From Hydrolagus colliei (taxonomy: Eukaryota), in assembly GCA_035084275.1 (NCBI GenBank), contig CM068757.1, positions 8,122,001 through 8,186,000 on the forward strand: a stretch of 64,000 nt of DNA. The letters are read 5' to 3'. Positions 12,811 to 23,499 of the stretch are shown here, one piece after another (position 1 is the stretch's first letter; each line of letters opens with the position of its first letter). Below the pieces are notes generated by a model that worked only from the letters and a program-made list of their open reading frames with translations, made no database searches and was not told the DNA's origin. The position numbers and the translations under genes are program-made.

Positions 12811-14934
12811 GTTTTCCAACATAGAAGCAAATTAAATTAATCAGCAATAGGAATTTGCAGCAAGCGTAAGCTAAGTTTAGGTGAAATGTTACTGTAAGAA
12901 TAAACAATAAGCCACATAGAAAATTTTAAGCAATCCAGTAGACCCTTGCCGAACGCAGCAGTTACGTTCCTGTAGAACAGTGCACTCAGTAAAATCATGT
13001 TCGGTAAGCTTAATAAGTATTGTATTGTAATGGGAAAAAAGGGGTGAGAGGAATCCATCTACAGGCTATCCAACCTCAAGCCTCCAGGCACATCCACATC
13101 CGACCAATGCAAGGTACGTACTGAGGCAACTTACAGCTGGCTGGCCCGTTCATCACGCTCCCCAACTCGCTAGACAATAAAACAGCACCGTACACTACCA
13201 CAGCTTGGCTAAATTATTTTACCCTGGAAGTTTTAAGAGACTCTCTTCTCTCTTCTGTTTACCAGGTTGCGCTGAGGAATCATTGGACTTAGGCAGGAAC
13301 TGGCGGCATCCTCCCAAGTGTACATTACACGTGGAGGCTGGCGTCCTCCCAAATGCGCATATGCGCAAGTCCAGTCAGCTGAGAAATCATCGGATTTAAG
13401 TCGGGAGCTGCCATCGTCCTCCCGAGTATGCACTGCGCGCGGGGCCGGCGTCCTCCCAAATGCACATGGGGCCAGCCAGCGCGTATACACAAATTTTACT
13501 CGCGTTACGCAAAAAACTGCCTAATTTATTTCTTTGCATATAGGCAAATCCGCAGTCGAGAAAGTCGCGTTCGGCAAGGGTTGACTATGTAGTAAGTAGC
13601 ATGTGTTTAAAAAAGCTTGTTAAAAATTAAAATAGCTTTCAACCAGATAGTGCAATGCATCTCACGTCCACCATATATCCCTAAAATTACACAATTCAGC
13701 ACCCAGTGAGTTTAAGAAAATCATGTTTAATAAACAACAATTCAACCTCCAAACCCAGTTCTCACCCAGCTAGAAATACAATTTTAAGTTAGATTAACAT
13801 ATACAAGTAAAACATGGGTATTTCTAAAGTGTTTATAATCTGTACTATTATATCCAACCGTTCAAGCGAGACCGCAATATAATTGTGCTCTTTGGCACTT
13901 GCAGTGCTAACATACATTACATGGTTAATGATATTAACATGCAATAATCTGGACTAAACCCGTTGGGACACAATAGATGAACGTTTCAGCTAGATTTGCT
14001 TTCATGTTGTACCTACCAACAGCCATTCAAGATTTAAACAGCAATTTTCTTGTTACTTAAGTAATCTTTGCTGTCCCCAAGAGAAAATACGACATTTGGT
14101 TATTGCAGTAATTTGTAAATGTCATAGTGACTTAAGTTTTCTTGTGTTTTCAGTAATACAAATGGAGCCACAATTAGAGGCAGTTTAAGAAACCAGTCAA
14201 TAGCTGCTTGAATAATTGCCAGAAACTCACAATGTAAACCATATGAAATACTCAAAAAGTGATTTGTGTCCATTAGAATTTTCTACTCAGAACACTGAGT
14301 CTAAAGTGTTTGAGGTAAAATAAGGGTTCAACAACCCCCCTTCAGAATCCTGCTTATATATAAAGATGGTACAATGAAAATATCCCCCACTTCCCTTAGA
14401 AACATGCACAAGTCCAAGTTCACCCAGGGACACAATTCCACAAGTAACAACACTCTTTCGTAACCCATTCCTCATGTTTCAGGCAGTGTCAACAGGCTAT
14501 TTGGCCCCAGGAGAATGACAATTAAGACCAATTGGCCTTGCTCAATGTCCAGAAATGCAGAGTTTCCAGCAGCACCCACTGAAAAGCAATCAAGAGTAGA
14601 AATTCTGATTAATTTCCTCTCTGAAGCCCAAAGGCACCAAGGACAATCATAGCTCTCTTACTGGCTCCAGCCAAACCAGCTCAGAGACAAACCAAGAAAC
14701 CCCCCAATATGCACTGCTCAGTGAAATTTATTTTAATTATGGCCTCATTTAGTTCAATAGGAGCCAGAAATGATTTTGTGCACAAACTGAAGTCAATCAC
14801 AAAGACTATTCTTCGCTATCACACATAAGGCAGTCAACTGGACTCAGCTGTGAAACTACAGCACTAGCGAACTAGCTGTACAAAAACCAGCAAGAGTTCA
14901 CAAACCCAAATGCATCAAAATGCATCCCAGGCAT

Positions 14935-14940
14935 TTTAAT
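14935..14940 (-). terminator. Candidate poly(A) signal (ATTAAA) of the snoRNA host transcript
   Basis: ATTAAA about 90 nt after the acceptor ttctcttctag (15031), followed by 'tttgggtttgtg...ggtttttgt'. Confidence 0.5.
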
Positions 14941-15676
14941 GATTGGATGACCCAGTAAGGTGAAGTACTGAAAGACGACGGCTGTGAATTCATTTTGTCC
15001 CTGTATTGAATCCCTCTTCAAAGTTGTTGTCTAGAAGAGAAGAAAGGTTACAGATGAGGGGAAATTGACTCATTTATCATTCTTAGTTGGAATGTTAAAT
15101 CGAGAACTGGCAACATATGACACACCAAATGTTTTAAATAAACGCCAAACTGAACTTTTTGCTACTATTGGTCTGAACTCAAATGGACTGAGACAGAATG
15201 AGGTAGAAGGGAAAAGAGGAAAAAAAACAGCCACTATTCCCAATTACTGGAAAGTATGTTTGTAGATGATAGCCAAGTTCAGGGACAAATTGCATTATTT
15301 TTCCTAACTAATGAGAAATTATAAAGTGCAAAATTATTTTGGCCAGAATTAATAGTAGTATTCCCCCCCGAAGGCTACAGTTTTGAAGACCAAAGAAATT
15401 ACAAATAAACTAGAAGAAGCAAGTCATTTAAGCACTAGGGATCTGAGTCAGCAAAGTTTACATGTACTGAAACCAGGTCACCCAGACAGTTTTACATTCG
15501 AGGAAACTACAAGAATAAGTAGCCCTCATGCCCACCTGTTTAGCATTCCTGAAGACCCGTGGATTCAGAAATATTACCATGGAGCACTTTCATCTTCAGC
15601 TGTGAAAAATAATTTGATCAGTTAGCTTGCAACAAGACTCCTTCATTCCTACTTTGAATCAATAAAATAATCCAGA

Positions 15677-15745
15677 GCCATCAGTCAACGTAATAACAAT
15701 TTCATCACATGTATTATGAAGACCATCGTGTGAACATCATTTGTA
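15677..15745 (-). ncRNA. SNORD35: Box C/D snoRNA U35-like, copy 1 (most diverged)
   Basis: C box ATGATGT (15740-15734), guide TCACACGATGGTCTT, D'-position CATA, C' GTGATGA, D box CTGA (15684-15681). External stem AATCCAGAG/CTCTGGATT. Confidence 0.78.
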
Positions 15746-15776
15746 ACTCTGGATTGTCTCATATTTTGTCGCAAAG

Positions 15777-16130
15777 AATAATGATCCTTGCATCTTATAT
15801 AACAGCTTATTTTGTTTTCGACGTGCCTCAAAGAACTATACAGAATAAACTGTAAAATGAATTGACAGTATATTTTGTAGGTGAAAAATAACAGCCAATT
15901 GCATTAGCTATTTCATTGAAAGCTGTGGTTTGAAGTGACCAATTTTCTGTTAAGGAACTATTATCCCCAGAAACACAATCAACCAATCAACTAACAACCG
16001 GGTTTCTACTTACTGCTAGGTCAACAGAAGAGTGTGGAGAAAGGAAACTCGCCCAACCTTTTGCCCTGGTGGGAATCGAACCCAGATGTTTTGCTTGCGT
16101 GGCTTCCAACCACGATCTACATATGAACTA
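15777..16130 (-). mobile_element. Near full-length tRNA-derived SINE
   Basis: B-box-like GGGTTCGATTCC on the minus strand (about 16083-16072), family body, and L2-like tail ending at about 15777. Confidence 0.7.
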
Positions 16131-16820
16131 AGCACTTGAAAATTGTAGTTTATAAAATGAACAAAAATATATTATAGTGCCATTGTATAATACTACTTGT
16201 TGCATTGATATCGCGCCTTATCACACATTTTCGAGATGTCTCAAACAGCTTCATAGTAGACACTATAAGGTGAAACGACTGTATATTTTGCAGAAGAAAC
16301 TAATATTAAACTACTGAATTGGATACTACAATTTGAAATGATAAATAACAGAAGATTAATTACCAATTTTTATTTCCAACTGGCCCTCGTTTTAGTTAAT
16401 CTACAATAAAACAATGTATCTTTACAAATATGTCACTGCCGTAGCTGACAAAAGAGGGAGCCACTCTCAGTTTGTGGAAGCACAGATGTGTGATAGCTTG
16501 TATTTTCCCTGCTGATAGGTAAACAAGGTATGTATACCCACTCCTGATCATCATCAATATAACGGTCCGTAAAACTTGCATGCAATGAAACCAGGTCATC
16601 CAGACAGGTCAATACTCAGGACAACCACAAGATTAAGCCTTCACGCCCACCTGAACAAGTTGCTTAGCATTCCTGAAGACTTAGCATTTTGCAGATTCAG
16701 AATTGCTATGGATCACTTATCTTCAGCTGTAAAAAAACTAGCAGAAATAAAAACAATTTGATCAGTTACCTTGCAACAAGTCTCTTCCATTTCAACTTTG
16801 AAGCAACAAAACAATCCAGA

Positions 16821-16890
16821 GCCATCAGCTAATTTCATATAGAAATTTCATCACATTTATTATGAAGACCATCGTGAGAACATCATTTGT
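16821..16890 (-). ncRNA. SNORD35: Box C/D snoRNA U35-like, copy 2
   Basis: C box ATGATGT (16886-16880). Guide TCTCACGATGGTCT is complementary (one G:U) to the conserved 28S rRNA sequence AGACCGUCGUGAGA. C' GTGATGA; ends TTAGCTGATG with D box at 16828-16825, like mammalian U35 as recalled. External stem TCCAGAG/CTCTGGA. Confidence 0.88.
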
Positions 16891-17623
16891 AACTCTGGAG
16901 AATCTCAATGAATGCAGCAATCTAATGCGCACTTAAAAGCATGAGTACAGCATTATTTAAGTCTAATGTGGTATGAAATAATAGGAATGCTCCCATCAGA
17001 ATTAAAAATTAATCTAACCAGGTGTTTTAAGCAACGAGTAAATGTAAGAGGAAACTTTCGATCACCAGTTATTTAACCAGAGGTTACCATTGGGCAGCTT
17101 CAAAGCAGTTATAAAAACCATTTCCACAAATAATAATGAAATAAAACTGCCATGCAAGTCATCTATGAAAATACATTTGATTCTCTAATCAATGAACCTA
17201 ACCATTTATCTTGTCGCAAACTGACTAGGCATTTGAAAAAGCGTGCTTTAAAAAGAATCAAAAAGGGTATTAAGAGTTATTATGCAAGTGTCAACCCACT
17301 TATCTCACTTTGTGAAAGCGCAGGCGAGAGAGAGAGCTTGCATTTCTCACTGGTAGGAAAGCAAGTCCCATTATTGACGCCTGGGTCAGTAAACTCTACA
17401 TGCACTGAAACCAGATCACGCAACGATTTAATACTCGGCAAAACCACAAGATTAAGTAGCCCTCATGCTTACCGGAGCAAACTGCTTAGCATTCCCGAAG
17501 ACCCATGGATTCACAAATATCCTCTTCAGCTTAGAAAAACTGTCTGAAAACAAAAACAATTTGATGAGTTACCTTACAATAAGTCTCCTTCATTTCTACT
17601 CTGAATCAATAAGTCAGTCCAGA

Positions 17624-17693
17624 GCCATCAGCTAATGTCATATAGAAATTTCATCACATTTACTATGAAGACCATCGTGAGAACATCATTTGT
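17624..17693 (-). ncRNA. SNORD35: Box C/D snoRNA U35-like, copy 3
   Basis: C box 17689-17683, intact guide TCTCACGATGGTCT, C' GTGATGA, D box 17631-17628, external stem TCCAGAG/CTCTGGA. Confidence 0.88.
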
Positions 17694-18121
17694 AACTCTG
17701 GAGAATCTCAATGAATGCAGTGATCTAATGTGCACTTATAAGCACCTTTATTTAACATCATTAAAATTGAAAGCAACTTGCTTTTTATATTGTGTACTTC
17801 ACACGGGGCAGTGTCTTGGAACACTTAACACATAGTTTCTCTTACATACCTGGAGAACAGGTATCCAAGCCTTTCTGAAGAAATGGAGACAATCTGCAAT
17901 GGGACACTGCATTTCAGTATCTGCTTTGTAGCTCAGCCTAAAAAAAAGGAAATGACAAAAGTCAAATGTAAATACATTTTTAGTTTAGGATATTGCATCA
18001 CACCATCCAATGTAGAATTAAATAAACAAAATGTTTCAATCCAATTTATTTCAATCAAACAAAGTGTTTAAATGAGGGGTAAATGTAGGAGGGAACTACT
18101 GATAGGTAAGCAAAGTACATA

Positions 18122-18461
18122 CAGTAAAGGCCTGTTTATCCGTGACTCGATCAACCGGATTGCACCCCCGGAGCAATTCCCCATTCCAGCAATCGCGAGT
18201 ATGCTCACTCTGCGCACTTATTAAACTTACAAACTATGGGTTTTTAGCAGAACGGTAAAATAATTCTATTTTACCAAGTGTGCTTGAATCTTTATTGGTA
18301 AGTATCCATACCATATTGTTACTATTTAGTATATTATTAATATGGTATGTTTTAAAATAAGTAATTTTTTTGTGTTAGGTTTTCGGCAACTTGCCGCCCG
18401 ATTATCCGACAGTCAATTAGTCGACCCCCCCAGAGGCTGTCGGATAAACAGGCTTTTACTG
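18122..18461. mobile_element. Tc1/mariner-superfamily (pogo/Tigger-like) MITE, 340 bp
   Basis: 21-bp TIRs CAGTAAAGGCCTGTTTATCCG / CGGATAAACAGGCTTTTACTG (1 mismatch), flanked by TA on both sides. Confidence 0.85.
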
Positions 18462-18564
18462 TATATCCCTTTACCGATACCAGGGCTAGGTAAAGCTTAC
18501 ATATAACGATACCAGGTCACCCAGATAATTTAACACCCAGGGAATCCACAAGTAGCCTTCACGC

Positions 18565-19081
18565 TAGTGTCCGGCGATATATCATTATATTGGTATAATT
18601 TTTCATATTGATATCCCGATATTGGTAATGTGAATATATCGTATATCAAAAAAGTTTGGTATGAAAAAAAATCGGTATATCCACGAAATATCGGTATATC
18701 ATCAACATATGCCACGTTACAACATACAGCAAATATACAACCAACGGTTCAAATGTACTTGACGACACAACGCACACAAGAGCTTCAAGCGCCAAAGGGC
18801 TCCATCAACAACAACAAAAACAGTAACAACAAAGTTCAACAGACCTTGTCGCTGGCATTCCTGGGCGTAGAGCACATATCTGAATGCGTGCGCATCCCTG
18901 AATGCACACACATTCCCCTCCTTCCCTTCCCCCCAACCACCAAACACAATCAGATTTGCGCACAACCCTCCCAAGCCATTCATATGTAAAGGTTTGGAAC
19001 ACGAGTAATAAAAAACTGGTGATATCGATATGAGCCCACCGATATATTGATACCGGAAAAATTCAATATCAATGGACACTA
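18565..19081. mobile_element. Non-autonomous hAT-type DNA transposon, 517 bp
   Basis: TIRs TAGTGTCC / GGACACTA. Perfect 8-bp TSD CTTCACGC (18557-18564 and 19082-19089). CGATAT/ATATCG subterminal repeats at both ends. The empty site is visible in the paralogous unit at about 16638-16650. Confidence 0.88.
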
Positions 19082-19252
19082 CTTCACGCCCACCTGAACA
19101 GACTGCATCGCTGAAGATCCATGGATTCAAAATTGCCAGGGAGCACTTATCTTCATTTGTGAAAAAACTAGCTAGAAACCAAAGACAATTTGATCAGTTT
19201 CCCTGTAACAAGTCTCCTCCATTTCTACTTGGAAGCAACAAAATAATCCAGA

Positions 19253-19322
19253 GCCATCAGCTAATTTCATATAGAAATTTCATCAAATTTATTATGAAGA
19301 CCATCGTGAGAACATCATTTGT
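19253..19322 (-). ncRNA. SNORD35: Box C/D snoRNA U35-like, copy 4
   Basis: C box 19318-19312, intact guide TCTCACGATGGTCT, C' TTGATGA, D box 19260-19257, external stem TCCAGAG/CTCTGGA. Confidence 0.88.
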
Positions 19323-21489
19323 AACTCTGGAGAATCTCAATGAATACAGCAATTTAATGTGCACTTAAAAGCATTATTAAAGTCTAAAGTGGTATGAAAT
19401 AATCAGAATGTTTTCATTAGAATTTTAAATTATTCTAACCAGGTGCTTTAAACGAGGGGTAAATGTAAGAGGAAACTTTCTATTACCAGTTATTTAACCA
19501 GCTGTTGCCATTGGGCAGCTTCATCAACGAAGTTACAATAACTATTTCCACGTGTAAAAATGAAGCAAATCTGCCATGCAACTATTCTACAAAGTACATT
19601 TGATTCTTTAAACAACGAACCATATATCTTGCCGCAAATGAACTATTCGAAAAAGTGTATGTTAAAAAGGATTAAAAAAATGTAAAGTTATAAATACAAG
19701 TGTTAAACTAAAAAGTGTTTTGTTACACTTACAATGTACACTAGTGGTGCATTTTTAATGTACAACAACTTGCATTTATATCGTGCCCTTCAAGTGGGGC
19801 GGCGTCCCAAGAGCGCTTAACATATATCAAGCTTCTCATACATACCAGAAATAGGCATCCGAGCCTTTCTGCAGAAATGAGGACAACCTACAGCAGAGGC
19901 ACTACATTTCAGTGTTCAGCTTTGTAGCTCAGCCTAAAAAAGGGGAAAGCCAAATTTAAATATCTTTTTAGGTTAAGGATATTGGATTACATCATCTAAT
20001 ATTGTATGAAATAATCAGAATGTTTTCATTATGATTTTAAATTGTTCTGTCGTTCCTAAATGAGGGATAAATGTAAGGAGAAACTTTCTATCACCAGTTA
20101 ACCAGGCATATATTTTGTTACAATAAACTTGGCATTTGTCTAGTGTATTTTAGAAAAAAGGAATAACAAATGTTATTTTTGTATAACTAACATAGTTATT
20201 TTGTAGCAGAGTAAACGAATAAATAGTCTGCTAGATTTTTTAATGGATTCCAGCAGTTCCATCAATCCAATAGATACAGCAAGTGTTTTACCTGCTTTTT
20301 CAAAGCATTTTCTTAAAAAAAGGTGAAATAGTGAGCTGATTATCCTACCATTTCAGTTACCTTCGAACTGAAATCAAACTATTTAGAATCAAACTAATTC
20401 TAATGAAAACAAACTGCTTAATTTCTCCAGAAAGAGATTTCATAGGTTATTACAGCTGAACACTACCATTGTTGGTACAAATCTAGTGTAAAATCATCCA
20501 AAGACTCCATTTAGCAGCACTCGAAGTGACCTTGATATACACAATGCTACCAAAAAAATTACTGAAATCTACAATATAATCAGCCAAAGGCATACAATGA
20601 AACTTCTTGTACTGCCTTACTCAGCTAAACTGAAGAAATGAGCGTTTGAAGGATAAAGGATCAACAATGATTCTTGAGAGCTGTCAAGCACTCAATATGA
20701 ACTTATGTCATGTTGCATGCACGCCAGAACAGGTTTTCACGCTAAGGGTTTGATTAATATCTTATGTGGTTTCCAGGCTTATCGAGGTTAACTAATCAAG
20801 AAATGCCATTAGTGGATGCCTGCTAGCAAACAATTAACCCCATTACCTACCTAAACAATGAACCAGGAGCATGTCCCTCTTGGCTTGGCTACCAGATGTG
20901 TCCAATTGCACTTCAGAAAAAAAAACTTCGAACATTGCAACTACTATGTTGGGACGTCCTCTCGACGTGAAAGGCGTTCTACAAATGTAATTGTGTTGTT
21001 GCAGTACGATGTAGTAGGTCACCTACACACAATCTTCCCTCAAACAACATTGAAGGAGCTGCAATAATACTGAACCTGAAACTCATCCCTCTCGAGAAAC
21101 TGGGCTAAGAAGCCAAAGGTTCAATGAACCATTGTGTCTAAACACACCATTTTTAAGTGTTTTGCTGATTGCTAACCACATGGTCATTTAACGACATGGC
21201 AATGTAATTATTTGGCATTGGATTCCAGCAGTTTGGCTTCAGTCACCACCAAAAAGAAAACTGCAGTTTGATGTTTCAAAAGTAAGAAGCCAAACATCAA
21301 AAGATCAAGCTCTCTAATCTTATCCAATGATTGATTGAGCAATAAAGACAAGGAAGGGGCAAATGTTGCCAATCTGTCAGGGTGACAATAAGAGCACTTC
21401 ACCTGATTCCAATATCCCAGGCTAGCAATCGGGAAAGAAAACAATCTCTGATTGTAATCTGAAATGGAAATCCACAAAAATATCCACAT

Positions 21490-21620
21490 AATAATCCTTT
21501 CATTTGATATAGCACCTTAGGTCACTGTTGAGATGCCTCAAAGCGCTTCATGGGATTCACTATAAAGTGAAATAACTGTATTTTATGGCTGAAACCCGGA
21601 AGTCAGTTCCGCAAAGCAAC
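21490..21620 (-). mobile_element. SINE 3' part
   Basis: 'ataataatcctttcatttgatatagcacc...gagatgcctcaaagcgcttca' is the reverse complement of the family tail. Confidence 0.7.
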
Positions 21621-23499
21621 ATTCCATAATTTTTAAATAAGATTCCTAATCCACCTGAGTGTTGAAGGGGGGTGTGTGTGTGTGTGTTTGCAATGGAGGG
21701 TGGGCAGCAAAAATTCTTGCTTCTCTCAATTTTATCCGTTTTCGGTTCAAAGACACTTACCTTCACACCGTTCAGCAAGCCTCTATCTAGTCTCCATTGT
21801 TCTTTGACCTTGGTGGCCAAAAAGCAATTCTGCAGGAAATAAGAATGACGAGTTTAGCCTTTGGTATTGCTATTGTTCTGTAAAATGAAACTTTCCTCGT
21901 TTAAAATACTTCTGATGCAAAAACACTTGTTTTAAAGAGCACTGCAGTTGTACATTGTAAGTATGCCGCTGCAATTGTATTGAAGCTGCCCATCGATCAT
22001 TATCAAACAACGTTCTCATTAGCTGACACACTTGTAAAGACACAAGACTGGTATTAAAATAAGCTTGTGCTGCCCCATCAAGGTAAAATGAGTTAGCTCC
22101 TTCCTCTGGATAAGTAGGTATATTTTTATGGTTTAAAATGCAAATTAAAAAGCATTAGATGTGGTCCATGGAGGCATTGTACATTTCAGCTCAAGTAATA
22201 CTGATAAAACTACCAACAGAAACACACATACACGAGAACAGCTTCACGATTGTGAACCCAGTAACCCTTTAAAAAAATATATATTATGCATGGGTATATA
22301 TCTATAATAATATATATATATTAACTAAAGCTGCTCAATTGTCCAGTTATTCTCGTTTTTAAGTTCTCATTTTCCCCAACACGTGTCTGTTTGTCTCTCT
22401 CTAGTCCATACCCATTCCAGCAGCGCCATCTTCTGTGAAACTGCTCGATCCACGAGGTCTGCCTTGTCTCCACGTGGTTCTGCCTGTGCTGAACGGGGGA
22501 GAAGGTCAGTGAGTTTCAGAACTTATTAGGCCGAGAGATCAAATGAGGGAGAGGAAATAACAATGATCATTATTATAAAAAGATCAGCCCGAGGGCTCAA
22601 AGTGAAAGGTTTAAAATGAGCTGCGGGTAACCAGTGATACTGGCTCTTTTTTTTTTTGTTGTTGATGAAAGATATAAAAATATACATGCAAACAAGATCT
22701 TCCAGAAACTTCCAACATCACTCAACCGCCGACGGTGGAGGAAAAGCGTCAGAGAATCAAACTTTTAAAACTATTTAAATAGCACAAGCCGGGTCTTATA
22801 ACTCCCAATAACTAAGAACCAGCTCAGGCTCGAGTTTTCCCCCAGAGACAAAAAGGAACTTCGAATCGAATGCAAGAATTAAGACTCTTATTATTAAACT
22901 CTAACCAATTTTATTTTAAAATCCCCCCCCTACAAAAAGGCAATGATTGCGTTATTACATGCTTGGTGACTGTCACTAACTTCCAAGTGTGGTTTCCCCG
23001 AGACTCCATAAGAAGTAAACTTGTGACTAAATTACATTATGTAAATGACGCAGGGTTTGGTCTCTCAAGTCTAGAAAGCTATAATATCAGTAAAATAAAG
23101 TAACCTCAGGCTTTGATTTCTCTCTCTCGCTCTCCCTGCAATAATATATAGAATAAACCTTCGGTTTGGTCTCAGGGACTACATCAGGTGTGAAATAATC
23201 AATCATAAAAAATATAAACATAACCTCAGGTGGGATCTCTTGACTGTATAACATAAAGTAACCTGAAGCTTTGTATCTATTATATATATTACCTATCTAT
23301 AGATATATAATAATGTATAACATACATGACACAACACGTATCGAATAACCTAAAGCTTTAACTCTTAACTATATATATATATACAATATATAAAAGACAG
23401 GACACAACACACACAAATATATAATGTATAACTGGATATATAACATCAATATAAAGTTACCTCAGGCAGAGCTCCTGGAGCAGCTGCTGCTGCTTCCAA

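Noticed and set aside
15440-19370. Four spaced near-identical repeats read as a CRISPR-like array or a repeated protein domain (ORFs 15383, 17152, 17635, 19072)
   Set aside because: Eukaryotic context, units are hundreds of bp with irregular spacing, and + strand frames are not preserved between copies. The conserved core is explained by C/D boxes and a 28S-complementary guide on the minus strand.
20703-20822. Possible H/ACA snoRNA (-) in a host intron: CAGGC/GCCTG and ACTAAT/ATTAGT stems, AAACCA H-like box, terminal ACA
   Set aside because: The second hairpin does not pair convincingly and the pocket is very asymmetric. It needs snoReport or cmscan before it can be called.
22584-22725. C-like GTGATGT and CTGA on the minus strand in host intron 1
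   Set aside because: No terminal stem, an internal poly(A) run, and no recognisable rRNA complementarity.
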